DNA of 64,000 nt from Chloropicon primus (lineage: Eukaryota): positions 186,001 through 250,000 of the forward strand of contig CP060772.1 of the NCBI GenBank assembly GCA_023205875.1, in the 5' to 3' direction. The notes beneath the pieces are model-generated. The model did not search any database. It worked only from the letters and a program-made list of their open reading frames with translations, and was not told the DNA's origin. The translations under genes and the position numbers were made by a program. Positions 53,801 through 63,159 of the stretch are shown piece after piece (position 1 is the stretch's first letter; each line of letters starts with the position of its first letter).

Positions 53801-56800
53801 CATTCTCCCGCAAGCCCTTCGTACCAGCCGCCATGGTCAGCAAACTGTCTGACAAGCTCGATTGGGGGCTGGGCACCGTAGGTCTCAAGCTGCGGCATGT
53901 TGAGATCATCGATGAAGATCACGCAATGCTTTCCGGGCGGGGGGCCGTAAATACCCTTCCTCCTCTTGTCAAGCTTGATATCAATCATGGTCTGCGTGAT
54001 GTTGGCAGAGGTACGGGCAGAAAAGTTGACATTCACTGCCGGGGCCCACTCAGCGGCATCAAGAACCCTCAACGCTTTTTGCAAGTAGACACTCTTTCCC
54101 GTTCCTGTTGGTCCCACCAGCAAAAGAGGCATACTCATCGCGCAGCCTTTGCCCTCCGCCCGGACTCCTCTCTCCAGAGCGGACTGCAGGAGGTAAGTGT
54201 AACGGACGGTATCGATGGTTGGAATGATAATCTCGTTGCTCGAGACGGCATTCTTCATGAATTCATCCAGGTCGATCCTCGACTCCCACTTGGACCAGGT
54301 GTTCGTAGCCCCGTCGTACACAAAGTCGTGCAGCGAAATCAGGGAGGAGAAGCTGTCCTTGGCTTCATCACCCGCCTCAATGGTCTGGAGGGTGATGTCA
54401 TTCTTGGACAAGGTGAACTTTGGAAGCTTGGGCGAGTTCTCCTCGACACCAAAGGTGTAGTTTTCGCCGCCCCTGCTGGTGTACGTGGTCTTCTTGAGCA
54501 TGATGAGGTTCATGACCATCTCTGTGAAATGTTTCCTGCCCTCGAGGTTTCCAGCAGTTCCGCCCACACTCCAAGTCAAGGCGAACAAGAAATAGTTGTC
54601 AACAATCTGTCGCAATTCGTCAGCGAGGGCTTCGGGGGGCTCCTCTTCCACGGGTTTCTTGACAGGGCTCGCCTGCTTCTCCTTCTCCTCGGCGCCTTCT
54701 TTCGCTTCCTCTGCCTCTGCCTCTCCCTCTCCTTCGCCGCTCTCCTTCTCCTCGGCCTCTTCCTCCTCCTCCTTCACTTCCTCCTTGATCGCGTGGTCAG
54801 CGAAGGCGGCTTGGATCTGGTGAAGGGTACTGGCCAACGTCGCCATCATGCTGCAAGCGACGTTGGAGTCGGACGTTGGAGCAATCTCCTTGATCTCACG
54901 CCTGAGGAACCTCAAGGACTCGGGGAGCACAAGAGTGAATATCTGTCGAAGGTAGCTGGCAAGGCCAGGGACCCTTCCACCGGTGGACTTTGGGAGGTCT
55001 TCGCGAAGCCAGGATTCCAGGATGGGCTGCCAGCCCAGCTCGCTCGGCTCGAGGTAGACCATTCCGCACCTCGAAACAGTGGCAGGACTCGCGACAGCGA
55101 GATCATTCACCTCGAAAATCATGGTCATCACCCTGGACATCGAAATTATCTCACCGGAGTTCAAACAAAGCTTCTTGTTGTCGTCCAGGACGGTGTTCAT
55201 GTTCTCAATCCAGATCGCGTCGACAGGTCCATCGAGGACCAGCCACCTCCTGTTGGTCGAGATGCCGGCGTTGAACTCGCTCGCACAGGAACGGAAAGTG
55301 ACCGCGAGGACTCCGTCCGTCCACTCGTGTGTGATGGGGTCGAATTGACCGTAGAGCTGCCCGATCGTGATCGATTTGGGGTTGATGCAATGATAGTTAA
55401 CCTTCTCCTGGCTCTCGTCACCGGACTCCCTGATCGTGGTGAGAGCCTCCGCGAGGACTTTGTAGCTACCACTCTTGCCTCCCATCGGGAGGCCGACCAG
55501 CATGAGGCCGTGCCTCACTTGAATCATCTCGTAGAGCTCAATCGTCTTCCTGAAAAAGTAAGGCGTCTCCTCCAGGTTGAACTTCACGCACGCCTTCCTC
55601 ATGTGCTCCTCGAGCTGGTCATAATCTGGCTTTGGCAGAACGACGCCAGGGAACAAGTCATTCGTGATACCCTTGAACAGGGGCAAGTCGTGGGAAAGAA
55701 ACTTGCACAAGTTGACGTCAATGATGGATCGGAGGATCAGCACCAGCTCATCCTCTTCTGGGAAAGCTCTCTTCAAGTTCGCAGCAGCGCGAAGCACGGC
55801 AATGACAGCACGCATTCCGTAGTCATAGTGATCCTGACTACTCAGCTGCTCACTGCAAAGTTTGTAGCACTGCACGATCTTCTTGGAACACTCGCGGGCG
55901 GAGAGGTACCCGTTACTGAACAGAATGATCTCCGCAATAAGAGCGTAGTCTGGAACCATCATAGCGACAGTTCTGAAGAGGGCCTTGAGGTTATCTGGGA
56001 GCTCCGAACGGCCTGCGTAACCAGGGTTCATTGTGATGGAGCACCACGCAGAGCACTTCAGCCTCAGCTCAGTTCCCTCGAACATGAAGGTCTCCACCTT
56101 GGCACCGATGGCCCTCTGCAAGTCAAGAACTTGCTGGGCCACGACACTCAGGACCTCCAAATCAATTCTGTTGAACTCGTCGAAGCAGGCCCAGGCGCCC
56201 GCGGAGGCGAGACCCTTGAAGAACTTGCCCATGGCAATGTAATCCAAAGAGTCACTGCAGTTGAACACCACGCACTGCCTGGCCAGGGCACGGGCCAAAT
56301 CCTTGGTGGTCTCCGTCTTTCCGGTTCCGGCGGGTCCCTCTGGGGCTCCGCCCAAGGTCATGTGAATGGCCCCGATCAAAGTCCTGTAGGCTCTGTCGGT
56401 GAGAGGAGTGATGACGAGTCGGGAACTGTTTCCAAGGTACTCGTACCCGTACTCGACCTCGGCGCTCATCATTCTCAGCATGGCCGTCTTCTCCTCTGCC
56501 TCCGGCGTTCCAGCCTCGGCATCTGGCCTCGGCTCCCAGTAGGTACGGAGCTGAGCAGCCCAGTCAAAGTCTTCTGGGGAGCTCACGTTGGACTTGCTCA
56601 TGTTGTCAACGACGTCCCTAGCGTGAACGTCCATGACCACCAGAGCGCCCAAGGTCTGGCGCTCGAGCTTGGTGAGCTGTCCCCTGACCTTGCCCACAAC
56701 CTCGAGCAGGTCGCTGGTCAGTTGCTTGCCGTATTCGGTGACCTTGCCGTCCGTGATGGCCTGGGTCACGCCCTTGGTCCAGAAGATGGCAGTGACGACC

Positions 56801-59800
56801 AGGACAACCATTCCTGGCCACTGGACAATCCAGTCGATACGAGGAGTTTGGGAGTAAGCCTCGATTCCACGTCCGGCGACATCGTGGACGGATTCAAACA
56901 TGGCGGCCTCGACCTCAACGAGCCACTTCTCGACTGATCCGTTCGCCTTTGCCGGCTCCACCTTGTTCTTGAACGGCACGGTCTCCTTCTCCACACTCGT
57001 CATTCCCGTGATTTCCATCTTGTCCCCCTCGAAGACGAGCTTGTCGATTCCTTCGAAGCACTTCTTCATGTGAGGCTGCACCCTGGTGGGATCCTTGGTC
57101 TCACTCAGGATCTCAAGCATCTCGTCGTTACTCAGGAAGAAGAACCTTGGGAAGAAGAGACGCTTCTTCTCCAAGTAAGCCGCCAGACCCTTTTGGACCG
57201 AATCGAGCAACTCGTTGCACCTGATCAGTTGCTCCAGGTTCTCGGCGTCCTTGGCGATCGTGACCACGACGGGGGTCTCCTGAGTCTTTGCCATAAGCTC
57301 CCTCCAGATAATATCGACTTCCTGGAACTTGGAGCCCTCCTCTGGCATCTGCTTCACGATATCCTCGCTGCTGAAAATTGGCTCCAAGTAGAGCCAAGTC
57401 TGCTGGCACTTGAGCCAGTTGTCGATCAGATCTTGGAGCGTCTGCATCATAGTCTCGAGGTCGTTCACCTGGTCCTTGAATGGCTTGGCGAATGGGCTGG
57501 CGCTCATGGCCTGGATCTTCACGATCTGGTCGTCCAGAATGGCCTGAATGTCGTCAGTCGACGCCAGAATGAACGTTCCTGAGTCCTTGTACGCCATGCA
57601 CATGAACTCCTTTCCGTCCCACTCCTTGTTCATCTTCTGGAGCGTCTTAAGCATGGACCACTCCTTGGAGGCAACGCCACTGATGTTCTCGACGGCCTCC
57701 ATGTGGTCCAAGATACCGTACTCGATCAGCTTGCGGATGCTGAAGTTCACGTCCTGGTGGTACGGCTTGTTGATCACCGTGAAAATTTGCTCCCAGTGCC
57801 TTGGCTGAAGCGCGGGGTTGGCCAGCTCCCTCAGCAAAGGAAGGTACTCCTTGAAGCTGTCGATCTCGTCCTTCAGCCTGTACACCACCCTATCCTCCTT
57901 GTTGGCCTTTGCCATCTTGTGCGCGCTCCTCACGGCATCGTCCACGGTCGTTTCGATGTCCTCGATATCCAACGGGTTCTGGACATCAAAGCGCTCGTCC
58001 AGCCAGCTGTAAACGTTGTTCTCCCACACAAAGAGCGCGTTCCAGGTGTTCCTCCTGCTGTCAAGCTCCTTCTGAGTCAAGGACACGTTACTGAAGTCGT
58101 CCTGTGGCATCTGGAACAGCGCCTGGTAGTGCCTGAACGTTTCCGCCCTGCGGCTTCGCTCGTCAATCGCGGCGGCGACCTCCGCAAGGTCCTTCAGCAC
58201 AGTCTCTGGCTCCGACTCGGGGTCGATGTAGCTGCCTCCGTGGAGCTCTGCGAGCATGGCCAAGAGGGATTCGTTCATCTCGACGATCTCGTCGTTCAGC
58301 GTCGTGATGTTGTTCGCCTTGTTCTCCTCGATGAACTCGGCGACGTCATCAAGGGCCGTCTTGAAGGCAGAGACGTTCTCGTGCAGGTCATCCAAAGCCA
58401 CCTGGTCCTTCATTGGGATCTTCATCTCGTAGAGGTTCAGCATGTCGTACATGTCGTCGATCATGTTGCTCTCCGCCAGAATCTGCTTCCTGGTCTTCAT
58501 GGTCTGGTTGTGGATCTCGAGACACGTCACGAAACCATCGAGGACTGGAGGGCGCTGAGAAAGGTCGTTGACCCTCTTGGCAAAGCCCTCGTTCGCCTTG
58601 GTGCAGTGCTCCCTGGCCACGACGAGAAGCCTCATCTTCATGGAATCCAAGGCGTTCGAAGTGACTTGCTTCAACTCCTCACGAAGCGTACGGGAATCGA
58701 TGTAAAGCACGCCAACAACGTTGCTGATCTTCATCGACCTCTCGAGCTCGTTCCTCCACTCCCTTTGCATGGACATGTCCTGCCTGAACTCCTGGACGGT
58801 GCTCTCCTTCTTGTCGTAAGCATCGGCGTCCCACGACTGGCCGAACTCGAAGACTGGTCTGTGGTTCTCGAAGATTGTGGCGTACTCGGTCGCTTCGCCA
58901 AAAGACGCGGAGATGGCGTCGCCGCAAGACACCCGGAGCTGGGAGAACTTGGGCGTGTTCTGCACGATCTGCACGGGGTTCGGGCCCGTCAGCCTGTCCT
59001 CGAAGAAAGAGGAGAAGGAGCGCATGAAGAGAAGCCTTGGGATTCCGTTCACGCAAGAAATGATTCCTTCGATGATCACGTCGATGTTCTTCAAGACGTG
59101 AGACTCCGGTGGGTTGAAGGACATTCCCTCGCTGGCGAACCCGACGGTGCAAGAGAAGAAGCCCTTGGCCCTGCTGGGGTTCTGCAAAATTCCAAGCAAG
59201 TGCTCCACGGTACCGATCGCTGAGCCGACGATCGCTTCCACGAGCATGTTGTCCACCAGCCTGATGAAGGCTCCAAGCATCTTGGCCTCCTCCACGACCC
59301 TCTTGTAAGTCCGGGCCCTCTCGATCTTCTCCTGCTTGACAGCGACCATGGACTTGGTCTTGCTAACGTTTCCAGGAAGCAGGCTGATTCCCGTCCTGTC
59401 CCCAATCTCCTTCTCCACGCTCGCCCTGTACTGCCTCTCTTGCGTGATCACCTCCCTCGCCACCTTCTCCAGCACCCGCTGGATTCTTTCCACGAAGCCC
59501 TCGATCGCAGGAATCGCCTTTTGGATCCTGTGCTGCTGCTGCTGCTCCGCGAACTCGTCGATGTTGTAGCAGTGGTTGTGGGAGATGTTGCTCAGCGCCG
59601 TGTTGGACACGTCCGTGACGAAGCCGTACACTTCCATGAGCGTCGGACAGAATGTCGGCTTGGCCAAGAAGAGCTTCTTCTTCAGCCTCTCTCTCACTTG
59701 CCTGTACAAGGTGTGCCTCACCTTGGACCACCAGCTCTTGAACATCTTGTTCACGATGTAGTACTTGAAGAATTTCATCTGCGTCAACAGGTTGAAGATC

Positions 59801-60561
59801 GATTGCTCTCTGATCCACTCGCCAAGCGGCGTGAACTCGGCGTGAGTGGCGCTCTGGACGTGAACCACGCCGCTTGAGCTAATGGTGAAGTGCTCCATGT
59901 TCACCTTCTGCCTGTCCACCACCTCCAACTGGTAGGGGTTGAAGTTGTCCCCTTGCGGCATAGTGTTGCAATGAAACAGCTTGATCTGAGCGTTGTGCCC
60001 GTGCCTGATGTAGTAATCGATCACGTCCTTGCTGGTCTTGATGTTCGCTACCTCTGGGTCCACGTCACTGTCGTCGTCCGAGGATCCTCCGTGGTTCACC
60101 ACGAGGGTTGACTCCACGCCCGCGGGCTCCTCCACCACGACCTTCTCCTTCTCCTCCTCCGCGGAGGTGGCGGTGTCCTCCAACGAGGGCAAAGTCACCG
60201 CAGGCGTCGTGGGAAGCGGCATGCCATCCAATGCCTTCCCCTTCTTCGCATGCGTCCTCCTCTTGCTTCCGGCCACCGTCCTCTTGCGAGAAAAGTGGTG
60301 GCTGATATCTTTCAAATCTTCGGACAATTCAGCGACAGCCATTTTAGAGCTGAACCCTTTGGCGTATCCTCCGTTCCCGGGACCTCCATGCTTCATCCCT
60401 CCTCCGCTGCTTCCATTCTTGCTCTTTCCATTCCCTGCCGTCCCCGGCTTCAAGTAACTTTGAGACCACTTTCCAGGTTCATTCAAGAAACCTGTCACAG
60501 CAGTCGTGTTCTCCATGCTTGAGCCTCCCTCCGCTCCCAACTTGTCCAGCAACCTCGACAT
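47815..60561 (-). CDS. Axonemal dynein heavy chain, inner-arm type, intronless
   Basis: 4248-aa ORF; FPRFFFLSNDEMLEILS, P-loops GPAGTGKT, GLPMGGKS, GPTGTGKS, GVGGSGRQS; coiled-coil stalk; RRGVLATTGHSTNF C-terminus. Confidence 0.97.
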   Translation of the reverse strand: MSRLLDKLGAEGGSSMENTTAVTGFLNEPGKWSQSYLKPGTAGNGKSKNGSSGGGMKHGGPGNGGYAKGFSSKMAVAELSEDLKDISHHFSRKRTVAGSKRRTHAKKGKALDGMPLPTTPAVTLPSLEDTATSAEEEKEKVVVEEPAGVESTLVVNHGGSSDDDSDVDPEVANIKTSKDVIDYYIRHGHNAQIKLFHCNTMPQGDNFNPYQLEVVDRQKVNMEHFTISSSGVVHVQSATHAEFTPLGEWIREQSIFNLLTQMKFFKYYIVNKMFKSWWSKVRHTLYRQVRERLKKKLFLAKPTFCPTLMEVYGFVTDVSNTALSNISHNHCYNIDEFAEQQQQHRIQKAIPAIEGFVERIQRVLEKVAREVITQERQYRASVEKEIGDRTGISLLPGNVSKTKSMVAVKQEKIERARTYKRVVEEAKMLGAFIRLVDNMLVEAIVGSAIGTVEHLLGILQNPSRAKGFFSCTVGFASEGMSFNPPESHVLKNIDVIIEGIISCVNGIPRLLFMRSFSSFFEDRLTGPNPVQIVQNTPKFSQLRVSCGDAISASFGEATEYATIFENHRPVFEFGQSWDADAYDKKESTVQEFRQDMSMQREWRNELERSMKISNVVGVLYIDSRTLREELKQVTSNALDSMKMRLLVVAREHCTKANEGFAKRVNDLSQRPPVLDGFVTCLEIHNQTMKTRKQILAESNMIDDMYDMLNLYEMKIPMKDQVALDDLHENVSAFKTALDDVAEFIEENKANNITTLNDEIVEMNESLLAMLAELHGGSYIDPESEPETVLKDLAEVAAAIDERSRRAETFRHYQALFQMPQDDFSNVSLTQKELDSRRNTWNALFVWENNVYSWLDERFDVQNPLDIEDIETTVDDAVRSAHKMAKANKEDRVVYRLKDEIDSFKEYLPLLRELANPALQPRHWEQIFTVINKPYHQDVNFSIRKLIEYGILDHMEAVENISGVASKEWSMLKTLQKMNKEWDGKEFMCMAYKDSGTFILASTDDIQAILDDQIVKIQAMSASPFAKPFKDQVNDLETMMQTLQDLIDNWLKCQQTWLYLEPIFSSEDIVKQMPEEGSKFQEVDIIWRELMAKTQETPVVVTIAKDAENLEQLIRCNELLDSVQKGLAAYLEKKRLFFPRFFFLSNDEMLEILSETKDPTRVQPHMKKCFEGIDKLVFEGDKMEITGMTSVEKETVPFKNKVEPAKANGSVEKWLVEVEAAMFESVHDVAGRGIEAYSQTPRIDWIVQWPGMVVLVVTAIFWTKGVTQAITDGKVTEYGKQLTSDLLEVVGKVRGQLTKLERQTLGALVVMDVHARDVVDNMSKSNVSSPEDFDWAAQLRTYWEPRPDAEAGTPEAEEKTAMLRMMSAEVEYGYEYLGNSSRLVITPLTDRAYRTLIGAIHMTLGGAPEGPAGTGKTETTKDLARALARQCVVFNCSDSLDYIAMGKFFKGLASAGAWACFDEFNRIDLEVLSVVAQQVLDLQRAIGAKVETFMFEGTELRLKCSAWCSITMNPGYAGRSELPDNLKALFRTVAMMVPDYALIAEIILFSNGYLSARECSKKIVQCYKLCSEQLSSQDHYDYGMRAVIAVLRAAANLKRAFPEEDELVLILRSIIDVNLCKFLSHDLPLFKGITNDLFPGVVLPKPDYDQLEEHMRKACVKFNLEETPYFFRKTIELYEMIQVRHGLMLVGLPMGGKSGSYKVLAEALTTIRESGDESQEKVNYHCINPKSITIGQLYGQFDPITHEWTDGVLAVTFRSCASEFNAGISTNRRWLVLDGPVDAIWIENMNTVLDDNKKLCLNSGEIISMSRVMTMIFEVNDLAVASPATVSRCGMVYLEPSELGWQPILESWLREDLPKSTGGRVPGLASYLRQIFTLVLPESLRFLRREIKEIAPTSDSNVACSMMATLASTLHQIQAAFADHAIKEEVKEEEEEAEEKESGEGEGEAEAEEAKEGAEEKEKQASPVKKPVEEEPPEALADELRQIVDNYFLFALTWSVGGTAGNLEGRKHFTEMVMNLIMLKKTTYTSRGGENYTFGVEENSPKLPKFTLSKNDITLQTIEAGDEAKDSFSSLISLHDFVYDGATNTWSKWESRIDLDEFMKNAVSSNEIIIPTIDTVRYTYLLQSALERGVRAEGKGCAMSMPLLLVGPTGTGKSVYLQKALRVLDAAEWAPAVNVNFSARTSANITQTMIDIKLDKRRKGIYGPPPGKHCVIFIDDLNMPQLETYGAQPPIELVRQFADHGGWYEGLAGEWTFRNMIDVILCSAMGPPGGGRNPVTGRFLRHFAVTGILEFTAATLMTVFNSILTLGFENVSSTIKVEIPKVVQATNAVYNEVMAKLLPTPSKSHYVFNLRDFARVVRGVMLIAPKGKNKKSSIEESDDIKSSFIRLWGHEILRVFYDRLVDDNDRDWFIGFLREVVAKDFSVNLDELFEHIANDGKVDQESLRNCFFGDYMTSDDFDRADLKTEGKLTYVENQDSLAIIERMEMYLKEYNALSKSQMNLAMFLYAIEHTSRICRVLKQPGAHMLNVGVGGSGRQSLSRLAAYICAIETFQIAVSKSYGLEEWKEDLRKLIRRAGGDGVEMMFLFSDTQINDEVFVEDINNLLNTGEVPNLFPQDEKPAVMEQARLLAKKLKDPAANGESPQELWDFFVKMTKQNLHVVLCMSPVGDAFRERLRQFPSLVNCCTIDWFQQWPADALEAVARTKLNAIDELLKSVAASEEVAKQQRLELIKICKMFHADTRNTSYEFKEKTGRISYVTPTSYLELLSTLATILKKKNNELETSRKRYVVGLDKLNFTATQVGAMQDELTALKPNLEKTVKETEELMERIKVEKAEVVEPKAAVVDREVAEAQTKGDQANAIKMECEEALAEAIPALEAAMAALDTIKAADINLVKNFKNPPAAVKLVLEAVCVCLDVKPARIADPAGSGKKIEDYWEPSKGLLSDKGFIDRLKTYDKDNVPVKVIDKVRSQYTSNPDFTPANAAKGASAAEGLCKWVFAIDSYDRVAKIVAPKKKALAEAEAEYNEVMVGLKVKQAELQELQDKLALLENQLEESITEKQRLENEVELCAQKLERAEKLIGGLGGERQRWSEAAQDLAEQQQNVLGDVLIAAGFISYLGVFTMPFREGLTKKWTAECKKRGIPCSDVFTMQQCLGDPVKIREWSIAGLPNDQLSIDNAIVVANARRWPLFIDPQNQANKWVKKMEQSNNVQVIKFTDSDYMRTLENAVQFGLPVVLENVGEEIEPSLEPLLLNQTFKQGGVICIKLGESVIEFSNDFRFYITTALRNPHYLPEVSVKVTLLNFMITPHGLADQLLGVVVAEERPDLEEQHQQLVIESAENKRKLTEIENKILHVLSSSEGNILEDTTAIQILSEAKVVSREIEEKQAIGEETQKMIEETRTGYKSCGEYNAMLYFCVADFANIDPMYQYSLSWFIALFVRAIHSSKKSDKDASEESSLETRLDDINSYFTYSLYCNICRSLFVKDKLLFAFVLSLKILETKGEFTAAEQQFLLTGGIGAESKYDASKNPVSDLIEDRVWESVCKLSGACPKPFATLPEHVERNSTDWQELFETADPFLMNLPPPYCKGDPNEPTPAQKLLLIRSMRPDKFVPAVSSFVESSMGRKFTEPPTFDLELSYNESSCICPLIFVLSIGSDPTAALLKYAEDRDMASKLSVISMGQGQGPKAAKLIEQGIESGGWVLLQNCHLAASWMPTLEKIYEGIKPETCEPDFRLWVTSMPSKAFPLSILQNGVKMTNEPPSGVRANLKRSLGLDPISDEEFFESCPKSRDFKRLLFGLCFIHAFVQERKKFGPIGWNIPYSFNDSDLRISVRQLHMYVGKSGDELPFAALKYTIGECNYGGRVTDDKDRRLLSTLLDLIYDEKITGEEFNLSSSGVYRIPKNNTLQAYVEYVDALPTIPRPEVFGLHDNADITKDLNDTNQMIATLITTMGEAGGGGDSGGQEQVVRAMCSDILERLPPNFDIEKVQKAFPVLYEQSLNQVLTQEMLRYNRLTTIVRNSLVNVIKAIDGTIVMSSDLEKVYNSLSIGKVPPMWMSKSYPSMKPAAAYVEDFFGRLNMLQSWYEAGAPPSAFWLPGFFFTPSFCTAVLQNYARKNKLAIDTIAFDFEMLDMDPEIYKNGESPTNGVYVYGMYLEGCGWDIASRTLSESRPRVLFEPSPVIWFKPVQTKDLKERPCYACPVYRTADRRGVLATTGHSTNFLMFLNMPTDKPEHHWTMRGVCMLLSLSY

Positions 60562-61766
60562 GAATGCAACTCAACGCAAGTGGCTTCACAAAATAAAATA
60601 AGAAAACTTTCCCCAAAGTCAAGTTAAGGAATCCCTCAAACCTTGCACTGCAATGGAATCGAATGCCTTTGGGAAATGGCAAATGCTTAGCTTAGAGAGA
60701 GAGTTACCTCATCCCTTAATTTCCTTTCGACTCCAAAGTGGAGGTGGAGTCAAAGAGTGAAGGGCTTTGAAAGGGTTTCTTAGGATTATTTTTCTTTCTT
60801 TCTTGTTCTTATCTTTCACAAACACTTTGCCTTCCCCTTTCTCCTTGTGTCCCTTGTATCCCTCCTCCTCCTCCTTGGCGCTCCTCCGCGCTGGAAGGTC
60901 AACCTTACGCCTTCCCCCCTCGGCTGCACCCCTTGGGGGCTCGGTTTTGAATCTTGCGCCATGTGACGTTCGAAAAACGAGAACGTTTGTATTCATTCTA
61001 ATGTAGTGGGACCTTCTATGGGACCATGAAAGTCCGTAAACAAGAGGAACGACACATAACGAATCATAAGCTATACGACGACCGTTCATTCTTTCCACGA
61101 AGTTCCACGGGATGCTTCTCTGCCTTGCTCGTGATTACGGTAATATGACAAAGAGGTGACGTCTTGAGAAGAACGTCGACGACGTACACTCGAATATACA
61201 CCGTACACTCCGTCGTAGACCGGAAACGCACGGCGCCAAAAGAAACGCCCACGATCTCGTCCGAGGGAGAGGGAAGAAGAGGTGAGTTTTTCGGCGGATT
61301 TGAGGTGTGACGACGGAATCTGAGTCGACAGGAGACGACATAGGGACAAGCGTCTTGTCGAGATCTTTCGAACGACCCCTCACTCGAAAGATTTCACCGA
61401 GGATTTTGGTGAAGAACATTGAATGGAACCCCCCTTGACTGACTTTGGTTTTTGGCATGGTGAAGGAGGTGAGTTCACTTTCGACGACGGAGGGTAACTA
61501 GAGAGCGGTGACGAAGGAGATCATCAAACCTACGTAGTTATCGTCCTCTTCTCATTCTCTTTCGAATGACCCGTCGGTCGGTCGGATCGTTTTTCCTGAC
61601 AACTGACTCATTGACTCAGCACAGAGGAGAGGAGACAGAGAGAGAGAGAGAGAGAGATTGAGGCACTCGACAGCGGAGGAGTATCTTTTTTTTTTTGGAG
61701 CTCAGCACGGGAAGCATCTCTTCCGGTTTTCTTTTTCTTTTTCTCCAGTGATTCGTTGTTGTTGAG

Positions 61767-63065
61767 ATGGAAGTGGCAGCAGCAGGAAACCAAAGGAGTT
61801 GCATCGGGGTCACGGATGAGGGGGCCATGATGATGAGTTCGGGCAAAGCGTGTGCGAACTGTGGAGCAACGGCGGTGAGTTTTTGTGCTGTGTGTGTGTG
61901 TGTGTGTGTTGTGGCAGCTTTGATCTTCTTTTTTCGAAACGCGGTGCCGGGACGACGACAAGGAGCAAGTTGTTGTTCGAAACAGCAACTGACTGACTGG
62001 AGTCTCCTCCTCTCTCTCTCTCTCTCTCCAACCCAAACCAGAACTTGCTCAAGTGCAGTCGATGCCACCAGGCCTGGTTCTGCTCCGTGAGCTGCCAGAA
62101 GCAGTACTGGCCGTTTCACAAGTCGGTGTGCAGGCGCAACGACTTTGCGGATGCCTTGGAGGGCTCGGAGCCAAAGTTTGCTTCGTGGATGAGAAAACAC
62201 GGCAAGATCGCCGTGCTCAAGGTGAGAGACCTCCGTTTCCGGGTTCGCGATCTCTGTTAAGCTTGGGCCCGAAGCCTGACACGCACTGCCGCTTCCGTTT
62301 CTTCTTCCACTTGTTGTCGAAACAATCTTTCTCAAAAACCGCCAGGACGACGAGGTGGATCGCTTGGAGAGGGCTGGCCAAGCTTGCAATGGGACGACGA
62401 GGGAGGAGGTGATGAGCTCGATGTACGGCCGAGCAGATCCAAAGCCCCTCCCCCCGTCTTACACCCCCGAAGACCTGAAGAAGATGAAGGAGAAGGAGGA
62501 GGCCCGGCTTTTGGAGAGCGCCAAGGTCGCGACCATCGAGGACAAGTCGTGGACCTCGATCCGAGTGGACCCGGATCTCGGCCTGGACTGCGGGGCCTAC
62601 AAGTGGACCCAGACCCAGGCCCAGGTCTTGGTCTACGTCAAGCTCCCCCCGCAGCCATTCAGTCGCTACTCTTCCTTTGGAAAAAACTCTCAGGTCGAGG
62701 TCTCGTTGGAGCCCCAGAAGCTGCGCGTCACGTCAAAGGGTCAGGAGACGATCATGTCCGGGACGCTCTACAGGGAGATCAAGTGCGACGAGAGCACTTG
62801 GTACGTCACCGACGGAATTCTGGAGATCTGCCTCCTGAAGCGCTACCGACGCGGCTTGGCGTACCAGAAAGGGGAGACCAACGCGAACACGTACTGGAAA
62901 TCTGTGTTCAAGGAGGCTTCACAGGAGGAGACCCTCTGTTTAAGGTATCCTCCCTCTTCCTACTACGACACGGAGTGGAAGATGGAAGGGGGAGGGGGGG
63001 ATCACACGACGCAGGGGAGGAGGAGGGTGGCGAGGGGAGAGCCGAAGAGAGTCACGGCAGTCTGA
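61767..63065 (+). CDS. MYND zinc finger + CS (p23/NudC-like) domain protein; introns 61875-62041 and 62222-62345; start 61767 or 61827
   Basis: CANCGATA|NLLKCSRCHQAWFCSVSCQKQYWPFHKSVC; YKWTQTQAQVLVYV...GTLYREIKCDESTWYVTDGILEICLLK. Confidence 0.85.
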
Positions 63066-63159
63066 GACATCCGCGCCCCCCCGCTGTTGGCACTACTGCT
63101 AAGTTGAACGACGACGCGACATGTTTTTTTTCGGATGAAAAATTGTAATCATATAATAA

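Noticed and set aside
53707..56937. 1076-aa + strand ORF (also 47710-49866, 50689-52134, 57703-59223)
   Set aside because: Antisense shadows of the dynein CDS caused by codon bias; no recognisable motifs
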